This document shows, piece by piece, positions 63,411 to 64,000 of a DNA stretch of 64,000 nt. Where the stretch lies: NCBI RefSeq assembly GCF_963921235.1, contig NC_086097.1:36272001-36336000 (forward strand), in the 5' to 3' direction. Every line of letters begins with the position of its first letter. The first letter of the stretch is position 1. The DNA is from Mobula hypostoma (lineage: Eukaryota). The translations under genes and the position numbers were made by a program. The notes beneath the pieces are model-generated. The model worked only from the letters and a program-made list of their open reading frames with translations. It had not been told where the DNA came from and searched no databases.

Positions 63411-64000
63411 CTAAGTTAAGATACAATGAGTTAGAAATATGTTCTAGTAACAGAAACAATATTTCATATGATCATGGGATGGCCACTTGGCCAATGACTC
63501 CATATTGTGCAATCCAATCATTTCCATTCACTGGCTTCTCTTTTATTCGTTCAGGGGACGAGGACTTCATGGGTTCAGCTAGCATTTACTTGTCCCATCA
63601 CAAACTGTCCCTGAGATGCCATTGGTGAGCAATCTTCTCAATTGCTGTAGTCCTTGTGGTGTGAGTATAACCACAATGATATGAGGGAGGGAATTTCAGG
63701 ATTTTGACTTCGTCATAGTGAAGGAACAATGTTATTTTGTAACATCATAACTCATTTTTTTATTATGTCCCTCAACAGCCTATCCCCATTTGTTACTTAT
63801 ATCAGCAGTGTCACAGGCAGTTAGGAATTCTTCCTCTCATTCACCCCATATGTTGTCCAAAATGTTATGGTCAGTACTATGAACAGCTTGTCTATACTAT
63901 CGACAGTTAAGCTCCTCTAAAGCTGTGGTCAAATACAAGGATTTGCACTTTGAAAGATCAAATGAAGAGAGACACAGTTAATGGCAGGACTCTTAATGTT

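Overview
Vertebrate genomic DNA, most likely a cartilaginous fish such as a ray (inferred from the CR1/Penelope/Rex/V-SINE repeat mix). The only host protein-coding gene I can support is HIF1A on the minus strand: 11 coding exons equivalent to human exons 5-15 (63410 to stop codon at 38845, 2006 nt, frame intact), then a 3' UTR with AATAAA at 37613-37618. Exons 1-4 lie beyond the right edge. The rest is dense, often nested transposon debris: many CR1 LINEs, one L1, Rex/Babar, RTE, Penelope/Neptune elements with hammerhead-ribozyme cores, a Tc1, MITEs and SINEs. Downstream of HIF1A lie two CpG-rich islands (about 4.55-5.35 kb and 9.6-10.85 kb) enriched in hypoxia-response-element cores. The first has four phased CCAAT boxes and a plus-strand splice donor pointing back towards HIF1A, which suggests a HIF-driven antisense/feedback unit. 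Other notable points: a GC-AG intron 6 in HIF1A, an exon-14-skip stop like human HIF-1a736, miR-17/miR-18 sites in the UTR, and two independent CR1 insertions each carrying an inverted copy of nearby flanking DNA at the 5' junction. No prokaryotic system is present. Regulatory calls are motif-based hypotheses; comparisons to human HIF1A are from memory; repeat boundaries without TSDs are approximate.
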